From an uncultured Acidobacteriota bacterium (GTDB lineage Bacteria > Acidobacteriota > Vicinamibacteria > Vicinamibacterales > Fen-181), in NCBI GenBank assembly GCA_963717945.1, contig CAVQXT010000007.1, forward strand, positions 236,064-300,063: DNA of 64,000 nt, given 5' to 3'. Under the pieces are notes generated by a model. That model was given only the letters and a program-made list of their open reading frames with translations, had not been told where the DNA came from and made no database searches. This document shows positions 1 to 8,172 of the stretch, in pieces. Made by a program: the position numbers and the translations under genes. Each line of letters starts with the position of its first letter. Within the stretch, counting starts at the first letter, position 1.

Positions 1-42
1 CACGAAGATGATGATCAACTCCTGCATGCCGATGTTGCCCAT
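1..42 (-). CDS. TatA/E-like Sec-independent translocase, first 14 codons only (gene runs off the left edge)
   Basis: The reverse complement of 1-42 reads MGNIGMQELIIIFV, a typical TatA N-terminal TM start. AGGAG lies on the minus strand at 51-55. Confidence 0.4.
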   Translation of the reverse strand, partial: MGNIGMQELIIIFV

Positions 43-259
43 CGCCTGCACTCCTGACCCGTCCACGCGCCGGCAAGGCGCACGGACACTTTCAGACGGC
101 CGGCCGGCGGGCGGCCGTTCGTCGTTCCTGTTCGCTGTTCGAGGCCTGCAACCTCCCCCGCATTATAGGAGCGGGCTGCGGACAGGGTCAAGTTCCTGAC
201 GGGTTGGATGCCGCCGGAAGTCGTTGCGGCACCGGGGGTTATCTGCTAGCATCGATTTC

Positions 260-1912
260 ATGCGCAGGTACGGAATCGTCTCGGCTGCCTTGTTCGTCGT
301 CGCCGTGTGCGCGCTGGTCGGAGGGCTGCTCGGCCGCCACACGCTGGCCACGACCGAACGCGTCCCCGACTACAGGGAGTTCACCACGGCCCTCGGCGCC
401 GTGGAGTCCGATTACATCGACAAGGTCGATTCCGCCCGCCTGGTCTACGGCGCCATCGGCGGCATGCTGCAGACGCTCGACCCGCATTCGAGCTTTATGG
501 ACCCGAAGTACTACCAGCAGATGCGGGAGCGGCAGGAAGGGCACTACTACGGCCTCGGGATCACGATCCAGGTCGTCGACCTCGACATCAACGTCGTGTC
601 GCTGTTCGAAGGCACGCCGGCCTACAAGAAGGGGATCCGGCGCGGCGACATCATCATGCGCATCGCCGGCCAGGACGTCCGCTCCTGGAAGGACGAACAG
701 GGGAAGCCGCTGGCCGGGGCCGCGCTGTCCGACCGCGCCGTCAAGATGCTCAGGGGGCCGAAGGGCACCCTCGTCCAGGTTTCGCTCAAGCGCCCGGGCT
801 ACGACCAGTTGATCGACATCCAGGTGCCGCGCGACGAGATCACGATCCCGTCGATCACGGCCTCGTTCATGGTGGACCCGCAGACCGGCTACGTCCGCGC
901 GCAGGAGTTCGCCGAGAACACCGACCACGATCTCGGCGTGGCGCTCGACGAGCTCCGCGCGAAGGGGATGAAGCGGCTGGTGCTCGACCTCCGGAACAAT
1001 CCCGGCGGCCCGCTGGACCAGGCGATCAAGGTGGCCAACCGCTTCCTCCCGCAGGGCTCGATGATCGTGTACACGCGCGGCCGGGTGCCGAACTCCGACC
1101 AGGACTACTTCGCCACCGAGGCCAGCGCCTACACCGAGGTCCCGCTCATCGTCCTCGTCAATCGCAACAGCGCCAGCGCGTCGGAGATCGTCAGCGGCGC
1201 GCTCCAGGATCACGACCGCGCCCTCATCGTCGGGGAGACGACGTTCGGGAAGGCGCTCGTGCAGTCGGTCTACCGGATCAGCGAGAACGCGGGCCTCGCC
1301 TTGACGACCGCCCGCTATTACACGCCGAGCAAGCGCCTGATCCAGCGCCCCTGGGACGGGACGTTCGACGACTATCTCAACTACACGCTCCGCGATCAGA
1401 CGCCGAAGACGCACCCGGCCGCCGACCTCCGCTACACCGACGCGGGTCGGAAGGTTTACAGCGGCGGCGGGATCGAGCCGGACGAGCGGCTCGACGGCCC
1501 GGTCGAGGGGTTCAACCCGACGCAGTTCGGACGCCTGCTGTACGCCCGGCAGGCGTTCGGCATCTTCGCCGAGCGGTTCGTTGCCGAAGGGGACACGCGG
1601 ATCGCGCCGCGTCCCGACCAGAGGCGCGTCGCGCGCGGCTTCGTGGTCGATGGGCCGATGCTCGACGAGTTCAAGACGTTCCTGGCCTCGCAGAAGATCA
1701 AGATCGACCAGGCGGCGTTTGCCAAGGACACCGATTTCATCCGCGCCATGATCCACTACGAGGTGGACATGGCCCTGTTCGGCCTGTCCGAGGCGCGCCG
1801 AAGCCTGCTGTCCAGTGACCCCCAGGCGCAGTTCGCGATGAAGCTGTTCCCGGAGGCCGACCGTCTCCTCCTGATGCGGAAGGGCAAGGGGAGCAAGACC
1901 GCCAGTCACTAG
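260..1912 (+). CDS. S41 family C-terminal processing (tail-specific) peptidase with PDZ domain
   Basis: ORF 224..1912. It has an N-terminal TM anchor, a PDZ-like segment (GDIIMRIAG) and an S41 core (LDLRNNPGGPL, NRNSASASEI). The ATG at 260 is preferred over the TTG at 224. Confidence 0.88.
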   Translation: MRRYGIVSAALFVVAVCALVGGLLGRHTLATTERVPDYREFTTALGAVESDYIDKVDSARLVYGAIGGMLQTLDPHSSFMDPKYYQQMRERQEGHYYGLGITIQVVDLDINVVSLFEGTPAYKKGIRRGDIIMRIAGQDVRSWKDEQGKPLAGAALSDRAVKMLRGPKGTLVQVSLKRPGYDQLIDIQVPRDEITIPSITASFMVDPQTGYVRAQEFAENTDHDLGVALDELRAKGMKRLVLDLRNNPGGPLDQAIKVANRFLPQGSMIVYTRGRVPNSDQDYFATEASAYTEVPLIVLVNRNSASASEIVSGALQDHDRALIVGETTFGKALVQSVYRISENAGLALTTARYYTPSKRLIQRPWDGTFDDYLNYTLRDQTPKTHPAADLRYTDAGRKVYSGGGIEPDERLDGPVEGFNPTQFGRLLYARQAFGIFAERFVAEGDTRIAPRPDQRRVARGFVVDGPMLDEFKTFLASQKIKIDQAAFAKDTDFIRAMIHYEVDMALFGLSEARRSLLSSDPQAQFAMKLFPEADRLLLMRKGKGSKTASH

Positions 1913-2011
1913 CCGTGGGGCCCTTTCGGGCGCTTGCCACAAGAGCTTGCAGTTGCTAGACTGGCCGACGGTTGGCTTGCCGGCCTTCCGTCCAGCCGCG
2001 CGAGCGGGCGA

Positions 2012-2040
2012 CCGCCCGTCTTGGGCGGCTGTTGTCGTTT
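2012..2040 (+). terminator. Candidate intrinsic terminator after the S41 gene
   Basis: The stem is CCGCCC/GGGCGG with loop GTCTT, followed by the T-rich tail CTGTTGTCGTTT. Confidence 0.35.
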
Positions 2041-2050
2041 GGCGTCCGGC

Positions 2051-2074
2051 AGGCCTAAAGGCCCGCCCTACACA
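2051..2074. repeat. REP-like hairpin element, family 1b, reverse orientation
   Basis: AGGCCTAAAGGCCCGCCCTACACA is the reverse complement of the motif CGTGTGTAGGGCGGGCCTTNAGGCC, which is also seen at 2241, 43491 and 45422. Confidence 0.8.
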
Positions 2075-2086
2075 CGGTTCTGTGGG

Positions 2087-2247
2087 GTTCGGCGTCATCC
2101 GTGTGCAGCGTTCGGTGTCATCCGTGTGTAGCGTTCGGTGTCATGCGTGTGCAGCGTTCGGCGTCATGCGTGTGCAGCGTTCGGTGTCATGCGTGTGTAG
2201 CGTTCGGTGTCATGCGTGTGTAGCGTTCGGTGTCATGCGTGTGTAGG
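2087..2247. repeat. Tandem repeat, 7 contiguous copies of a 23-bp unit (GTTCGGTGTCATGCGTGTGTAGC)
   Basis: Counted unit by unit. Copies differ at 1-3 positions. The array lies 60 bp upstream of the smc start. Confidence 0.95.
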
Positions 2248-2266
2248 GCGACCCTTTAGGGTTGCC
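2241..2266. repeat. REP-like hairpin element, family 1b, forward orientation, fused to the last 23-mer
   Basis: The sequence is GTGTAGGGCGACCCTTTAGGGTTGCC. The stem changed from GGCC/GGCC to ACCC/GGGT relative to the copy at 2051. Confidence 0.75.
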
Positions 2267-2307
2267 TGTCCGGCCGGCGTCGGTGTCGTGAGGGGTAGAA
2301 GGTTCAG

Positions 2308-5300
2308 ATGCGCCTGCAGAAGCTTCAGATTTCCGGATTCAAGTCGTTCTCCGACCGTTCCGAACTCGCGTTCGACCGGGGCGTCACCGCCATCGTCGGC
2401 CCCAACGGGTGCGGCAAGAGCAACGTCGCCGACGCGATCGTCTGGGTGCTGGGCGAACAGAGCGCGAAGAGCCTGCGCGGCGACCAGATGCAGGACGTGA
2501 TCTTCAACGGCAGCGAGGCGCGGAAGGCGACGGGGGCGGCGGAAGTCCGGCTGATGCTGTCGGGCGTGACCTCGGCGAGCGAGAAGGTACGGCTGCCGCT
2601 CGAGGACGGCGAGGACGCCGAGCCGATCCTCGCACGCGACGTCGAAGTGACCCGGCGGCTCTACCGCTCGGGCGAAAGCGAATACCTGATCAACGGCGAG
2701 CTGGTGCGGCTGCGCGACGTGCACGAGCTCCTGATGGACACCGGGCTCGGCGCCAAGGCCTACGCGATCATCGAGCAGGGGAAGATCGGGCAGATCCTCA
2801 GCACGCGCCCGACCGACCGGCGTCAGCTCATCGAAGAGGCGGCCGGCGTCACCAAGTACAAGGCCCGCCGGCGCGCCGCGGAGCTCAAGCTCGAAGCCTC
2901 GCAGCAGAACCTCACGCGCATCGACGACATCATCTTCGAGGTCGAGAAGCAGCGGTCCGCGCTCAAGCGGCAGGCGGCCAAGGCGCGGCGCTACAAGCGG
3001 CTGCGCGAGGAGCTGCGGCGCTGGGAGAAGGTGCTCTTCGCCCGGCGGTATCGCGCGCTGGCCGGCCAGCTTGACGCCGGCCGCGCTCGTCTCGCCGAGC
3101 GTCACGAATCGGCCGCCGTCGCGGCGGCCAGGCTCTCGACGGCCGAGGACCAGCTCGCCCGCACCCGGCTGGAGCTGGCGCAAGCCGAGGCCCACGCGAA
3201 CACCGTTCGCGAGACGACGCACGTGCGGGAGCTGGAGATCGATCGGCGACAGAACGCGGTCAGCTTCAACGAGCAGCAGCTGGCCGGCCTCGGCGCCCGC
3301 AGCCACGAGATCGCCGACGAACTGGCCGCGATCGAGGCCAGGCGGGGCCCGGCGCACCAGGCGCTGGCCGAGCGGCGCGAGGCCGCCGGGCAGGCCCAGC
3401 AGGCACGCGAGCAGGCGGCCGCCGTCCTCGCATCCGACAGCGCGGCCTACGACGCCGCCTACGGCGCGCTCCAGTCGCTCGAGGCCGAGGTCGAAGAGAA
3501 GCGCCAGGCGGTCTACCTCACGCTCACCGCCATCAGCTCGCTCCAGCACGCCATCGAGAACGCGGAGTCCGCGCGCCTGAGGGTCGAGGACGAACTGGCG
3601 CGGCTCGACGCGGAGCGATCGGACGTGGACGTCGAGGACCGCCGGCTGCGGGCCGAGTTCGAGGACGGGCGCCGCCAGGTGCTCGACGCCCAGTCCGCGC
3701 TCGAGGGGGTTCGCGCGACGGGCGAGGCCAGGCAGGCCGAGCTGGCCGAAGCGCGCGACGAGCAGGAGCAGCGACGCCAGGCGACGAGGACGCGCGAACA
3801 GGAGCTGGCCAGCGTGGAGGCCCGCCTGCAGTCGCTCGAGGAGCTCGAAGCAGCCCGCGCGCAGTACGGCGACGCCGCCCGCTTCCTGCTCGCCGACGGC
3901 GAGCAGCGGCTGCGCCACTTCGGCTCGCTGGCCGATCATCTCGACGTCGAGCGCGGGTACGAGCGGGCGGTCGAGGCCTGCCTCGGCGACTTGCTGCAGC
4001 ACGTGCTGGTCGCGAGCCACGACGAAGCGTCCCGCGGCCTGGCGATGATCCGCGAGCACAACGCCGGACGGTGCGGATTCCTCGTGGTCGGCGGCGACCT
4101 GCCAGCGACCGCCGTGCGGCCCGAGGCGCCGGCCGAGGGGCTGGTGCCGATGGCCTCGGTGGTGCGCGCCACCGGCGATCACGCGCGGTTCGTCGAGCAG
4201 GCGATCGGGCACGCGTGGATGGCCGGCTCGTTCGCGCAGGCGGTGTCGGCCTCGCTCGCGACCGACCTGCCCGTGGTCACGCCGGACGGCGACGTGCTGC
4301 GGGGCGCGCGCCTCGTCTACGGCGGCATGCGCGAGGAGTCGCGCGGCATCCTTTCGGCGAGGCGGGAGGTCCAGGAGCTGCGCGACCGTACGGTCGAGAT
4401 CCGCGAGGCGCTGGGCCGGCTGGCCGAGCAGACGGCCGCCAGCGCGGCCGCCGTCGATCGGCTGTCGCAGGAGATCGCCGGCCTGGTGGCCGACGCCCAC
4501 GAGCGCGAGAAGGAGATCGTCGGCCTCGAGGCGCTGGTGGCGAGGGCCGCCGAGAATCGCGAGCGCCTGGCGCTGAGGGCCGATGTGCTCGCGACCGAGC
4601 GCGCGCGGGCGCAGGAGGAGCGGCGGGCGCTCGAAGCCCGCGAGACCGAGGCGCGCGCGTCGGTGGTGCGCCAGGAGGACGTGCGGCGCGAGGCCGACGA
4701 GCGGCTGTCGGTCGCGCAGCGGCAGCTGGCCGACGCCCGCGAAGCCGCCGAGATCATCAGCCGCCGCGCCGCCGACGCGAGGGCCGCGCACGCCGGCCTC
4801 GTGGAACGAGCCACGGCGCTGGCGTCCGAGGTGACACGCCAGCAGGAAGCCATCGAGGAACTCCAGTCCCGCTTCGCGGCCCGGCAGGAAGAGGCGAGCC
4901 AGAACGAGCAGCGGCGGGCTGAGCTGCGCCAGGCAATCGAAGACGGCCAGCGTCAGCTCGATCAGGATCTGCAGGACCTCGAGACGCTCCGCCGCGAGGT
5001 CCACGCCGCCGACGAGCTGCTCTCCTCCCTCCACGTCCGCGGCAACGAGGAGGAGGCGGGAATCCGCGAGTTCCGGCGCGCGCTCGAGGAGGTTCGCGCC
5101 GAGGTGTCCGAGCTCGATCTCGCGCGGGTCACGGCCGAGTCCGACCTCGCCCACCTGGCCGCGACGTGCGTCGAGGCGGTCCAGGCCACGCTCGAGCAGG
5201 TGCTGGCCGAGGTGGAGGTGGCCGAGCGCGAGGGGCAGGCCGCCCCGGGGACCGCGATGGTCGAGGAGCCCGAGGAGGAAGCCGGTGAAGAGGGCGTCGA

Positions 5301-6024
5301 GGCCGAAGCGCCCGCCCCCGCCGAGGGCGCGCCCGGTGCGCCAGCCGAGGCCCCGGTCGTCGCGGCGGCCTCCGCGCCACCGGCGACGCCGGACGAGGCC
5401 ATCGCCGACCTGAAGACCAAGATCGACCGCCTCGGCCCGGTCAACATGATGGCCATCGAGCAGTTCGACGAGCTCGAGAGCCGGCACACCTTCCTGACCG
5501 TGCAGCGCCAGGACCTCCGCGAGTCGATCGCCGCCACCGGCCAGGCGATCAAGCAGATCGACGAGACCAGCAAGGAGCGCTTCCGCGAGGCGTTCGGCGT
5601 CATCAACGCCAACTTCCAGGAGACGTTCACCGTCCTGTTCGGCGGCGGCCGGGCCGGCCTCACGCTGATCGACGAGACCGACGTCCTCGAGAGCGGCATC
5701 GAGATCGTCGCCTCGCCTCCGGGCAAGCGTCTCCAGAGCGTCCAGCTGCTGTCGGGCGGCGAGAAGGCGCTGACGGCGATCGCGCTCATGTTCGCCATCT
5801 TCCGCTACAAGCCGAGCCCCTTCTGCGTGCTCGACGAGATCGACGCCCCGCTCGACGACGCCAACATCGGGCGGTTCATCGAGATCCTCAAGCAGATGCA
5901 GCAACAGACGCAGTTCATCATCATCACCCACAGCCGCAAGACGATGGAGATTGCCGACCGGCTCTACGGGGTGACGATGGAGGAGCCGGGCGTGTCGAAG
6001 CTGATCTCGGTCAAGCTCAACTAG
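2308..6024 (+). CDS. smc: Chromosome segregation protein SMC
   Basis: 1238 aa with the N-terminal Walker A GPNGCGKSN, long coiled coils, a hinge, the C-terminal signature LSGGEKALTAIAL and Walker B FCVLDEIDAPLD. Confidence 0.97.
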   Translation: MRLQKLQISGFKSFSDRSELAFDRGVTAIVGPNGCGKSNVADAIVWVLGEQSAKSLRGDQMQDVIFNGSEARKATGAAEVRLMLSGVTSASEKVRLPLEDGEDAEPILARDVEVTRRLYRSGESEYLINGELVRLRDVHELLMDTGLGAKAYAIIEQGKIGQILSTRPTDRRQLIEEAAGVTKYKARRRAAELKLEASQQNLTRIDDIIFEVEKQRSALKRQAAKARRYKRLREELRRWEKVLFARRYRALAGQLDAGRARLAERHESAAVAAARLSTAEDQLARTRLELAQAEAHANTVRETTHVRELEIDRRQNAVSFNEQQLAGLGARSHEIADELAAIEARRGPAHQALAERREAAGQAQQAREQAAAVLASDSAAYDAAYGALQSLEAEVEEKRQAVYLTLTAISSLQHAIENAESARLRVEDELARLDAERSDVDVEDRRLRAEFEDGRRQVLDAQSALEGVRATGEARQAELAEARDEQEQRRQATRTREQELASVEARLQSLEELEAARAQYGDAARFLLADGEQRLRHFGSLADHLDVERGYERAVEACLGDLLQHVLVASHDEASRGLAMIREHNAGRCGFLVVGGDLPATAVRPEAPAEGLVPMASVVRATGDHARFVEQAIGHAWMAGSFAQAVSASLATDLPVVTPDGDVLRGARLVYGGMREESRGILSARREVQELRDRTVEIREALGRLAEQTAASAAAVDRLSQEIAGLVADAHEREKEIVGLEALVARAAENRERLALRADVLATERARAQEERRALEARETEARASVVRQEDVRREADERLSVAQRQLADAREAAEIISRRAADARAAHAGLVERATALASEVTRQQEAIEELQSRFAARQEEASQNEQRRAELRQAIEDGQRQLDQDLQDLETLRREVHAADELLSSLHVRGNEEEAGIREFRRALEEVRAEVSELDLARVTAESDLAHLAATCVEAVQATLEQVLAEVEVAEREGQAAPGTAMVEEPEEEAGEEGVEAEAPAPAEGAPGAPAEAPVVAAASAPPATPDEAIADLKTKIDRLGPVNMMAIEQFDELESRHTFLTVQRQDLRESIAATGQAIKQIDETSKERFREAFGVINANFQETFTVLFGGGRAGLTLIDETDVLESGIEIVASPPGKRLQSVQLLSGGEKALTAIALMFAIFRYKPSPFCVLDEIDAPLDDANIGRFIEILKQMQQQTQFIIITHSRKTMEIADRLYGVTMEEPGVSKLISVKLN

Positions 6025-6033
6025 CGCTATTCA

Positions 6034-6095
6034 TGGATCGGGACGAATTTCAATTTCTGCCAGGGATCGCAGAAATTGAAATTCGTCCCGATCCA
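6034..6095. repeat. Perfect 26-27 bp inverted repeat (hairpin, 8-nt loop); putative smc terminator or protein-binding palindrome
   Basis: GGATCGGGACGAATTTCAATTTCTGC at 6035-6060 pairs base for base with 6069-6094. The arms are AT-rich in a GC-rich genome. Confidence 0.9.
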
Positions 6096-6148
6096 ATCAA
6101 CGAACCCGGCTGGGCTTGCGGACGTATATTCCTGCAGGAGGGGTTCTC

Positions 6149-6757
6149 ATGTACGCCAGGGCATCGATGGGGAACGTCGCCCGCCTGCTGGCCGTCGCCG
6201 CCGCGGCGACGGCTCTCGCCGCCTGCGACATCGTCGTCAGCAGTCTCGACGTGAAGGGCCGGGCCACCGACCAGTGGACCAGGACCTACCAGGTCGCGCC
6301 GACCGCCGAGATCGAGATCACCAACGCCAACGGCGGGATCGACGTGACCGGCGGAACCGGCAGCCAGGTCGAGGTCGTCGCCGAGCGGGCGGCGCGAGGG
6401 ATGACCGACGAGGACGCGAAGAAGCTGCTCGGGCAGGTGCAGGCGGTCGAGGACTCGACCCCGGCCAAACTGCGCCTCGAGATGAAGGCGCCGGCAGGCG
6501 AGTCGGGCCACCTCGAGGTGAAGTACCACGTGAAGGCGCCGGCCGGCATCAGCGTGCGGCTGCGGACGGCGAATGGCGAGATCTCGGTGATACAGCTGAC
6601 CGGCGCGGTCAACGCCGAGGTCACCAACGGGTCGGTCCGGGGACGCGAACTGGGCGGCGCGGTGGACGCGTCGACGACCAACGGCACCGTACAGGCTCGA
6701 CATGACGGCGGTGGCGCCGGGGGGAATCAGGGCGGAGACGGTGAACGGCGCCGTTGA
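6149..6757 (+). CDS. DUF4097-like (putative adhesin) lipoprotein, N-terminal fragment before a frame change
   Basis: RBS AGGAGGGG at 6136-6143. The lipobox signal is LLAVAAAATALAAC. It carries repeated TNG-x-V/I units typical of DUF4097 beta-helix proteins. Confidence 0.6.
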   Translation: MYARASMGNVARLLAVAAAATALAACDIVVSSLDVKGRATDQWTRTYQVAPTAEIEITNANGGIDVTGGTGSQVEVVAERAARGMTDEDAKKLLGQVQAVEDSTPAKLRLEMKAPAGESGHLEVKYHVKAPAGISVRLRTANGEISVIQLTGAVNAEVTNGSVRGRELGGAVDASTTNGTVQARHDGGGAGGNQGGDGERRR

Positions 6758-6947
6758 CCTGACCATCCCGGCTGGTGCCCAGGCCGACGTGGACGCCAAC
6801 TGCGTCAACGGCCGGGTCGCCGTCAACGGCTTGAAGCTCGACGGCCCCGAGGCGACGCGCCGGCACGCCGGCGGACGGCTGAACGGCGGCGGGCCGAGGA
6901 TCGCGCTCGAAACGACCAACGGCGGGGTTCGGATCACAGGGAAGTGA
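6702..6947 (+). CDS. DUF4097-like protein, C-terminal fragment in the +1 frame
   Basis: It continues the same TVNGAVDL / VNGRVAV / TTNGGVRI repeat pattern and overlaps the upstream fragment by 56 nt. Confidence 0.55.
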   Translation: MTAVAPGGIRAETVNGAVDLTIPAGAQADVDANCVNGRVAVNGLKLDGPEATRRHAGGRLNGGGPRIALETTNGGVRITGK

Positions 6948-8071
6948 ACGAAGACAGGGCTGCCAGGTACCACCGGCTCGGGCGCCGCGCAGCCATCGTC
7001 TCCACGGTGTGGAGCGCGGGGCTCCTGCTGGCCCTGACGGTTCCGCCCGTGTCCTTGCGGCTGCGTGCCGTTGCCGAGGCCGCGGTCGGACTTGTGCCGG
7101 CGCCGCTTCGCCCGACGGCGACGGTCCTCGCCTTCGTGACCCTCCTCGGCGCGGCGCACGAGGTCGGCGCGCTGCCGATCGACTTCTTCCATTCCTTCGT
7201 TCTCGAGCATCGTTACGGCCTTTCCACGGAGCGGCTCCGCCACTGGGCGCTCGACCGTCTGAAGGCGGCGGGCCTCGGCGTGCTGCTCACCTTCGCGGCG
7301 GCCGCCTGCCTCTACCTCGCCATTTGGCATTTCCCCGGCTGGTGGTGGGCCGTCGTCGCGGCCGGCTATGCGGTCGTGGTGGTGGTGCTGACCGGGCTGG
7401 CGCCGGTCGTGCTGCTGCCGATCTTCTTCACGTTCCGCCCGCTCGGACGGCCGGAGCTCAGGGACCGGCTGATCGCGCTCTCGCGCCGCGCCGGCGTCGC
7501 GGTGAGCGACGCGTGCGAGTGGCGGGTCAGCGACCGGACGAAGAAGGCGAACGCCGCCCTCACCGGCCTGGGCCGCACGCGCCGGATCATCGTGTCCGAC
7601 ACGCTGCTCTCCCGCCATTCCGACGACGAGGTGGAAGGGATCCTCGCGCACGAACTGGGGCACCTCGTGCGCCATGACGTCTGGCGGGGGATGGCGTGGC
7701 ACACGCTCATCACCGCGCTCGGCCTGCTTGTCGCCAGCCGCGCGCTGGCCGCGCTCGTGGCTCCCCTCGGGTGGTCTGGCGCCGGCGACGTCGCCGGGCT
7801 CCCGGCCCTGCTGCTCGTGATCGGCGCGGTGTCAACGGCGCTGCGGCCGCTTTCCAACGCCTTCTCGCGGAGGATGGAGCGGGCGGCCGATCGCTTCGCG
7901 ATCGAGCTGACGGGAAACCCCGAGGCGTTCGCGAGCGCCATCGAGCGGCTCGGGACGCAGAACCTCACCGAGGAGCGCCCGCCCCTCCTGGCGCGCTGGT
8001 TCTTCTACACCCACCCGCCCGTCGCCGAGCGGATCGCCGCCGCCCGGACGAGAGGTGGAGCCGCCCGCTAA
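6944..8071 (+). CDS. M48 family (Ste24/HtpX-like) zinc metallopeptidase, membrane-bound
   Basis: It has N-terminal TM helices and the HELGH zinc motif (ILAHELGHLVRHD). The GTG start overlaps the upstream TGA (GTGA). Confidence 0.85.
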   Translation: MNEDRAARYHRLGRRAAIVSTVWSAGLLLALTVPPVSLRLRAVAEAAVGLVPAPLRPTATVLAFVTLLGAAHEVGALPIDFFHSFVLEHRYGLSTERLRHWALDRLKAAGLGVLLTFAAAACLYLAIWHFPGWWWAVVAAGYAVVVVVLTGLAPVVLLPIFFTFRPLGRPELRDRLIALSRRAGVAVSDACEWRVSDRTKKANAALTGLGRTRRIIVSDTLLSRHSDDEVEGILAHELGHLVRHDVWRGMAWHTLITALGLLVASRALAALVAPLGWSGAGDVAGLPALLLVIGAVSTALRPLSNAFSRRMERAADRFAIELTGNPEAFASAIERLGTQNLTEERPPLLARWFFYTHPPVAERIAAARTRGGAAR

Positions 8072-8172
8072 GACCGTGTTCCATGCAGCGACCGCGGGCA
8101 GGGGCCGATAGTACGTAGAGGGCCACGTTTCGACGCGGGCCGGACTCACGTTCAACGCTCGCAGCGACGATC

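Noticed and set aside
2087-2247. The tandem arrays (here and at 36459, 57391 and 59081) as possible CRISPR arrays
   Set aside because: The units are directly contiguous with no unique spacers, the units are 12-23 bp, and no cas genes are in the window.
2233-5931. A 1232-aa ORF on the minus strand, antisense to smc
   Set aside because: The composition is typical of GC-rich antisense frames (Arg/Leu/Gly/Asp-rich, low complexity). The plus-strand SMC has unambiguous motifs, so this is a shadow ORF.
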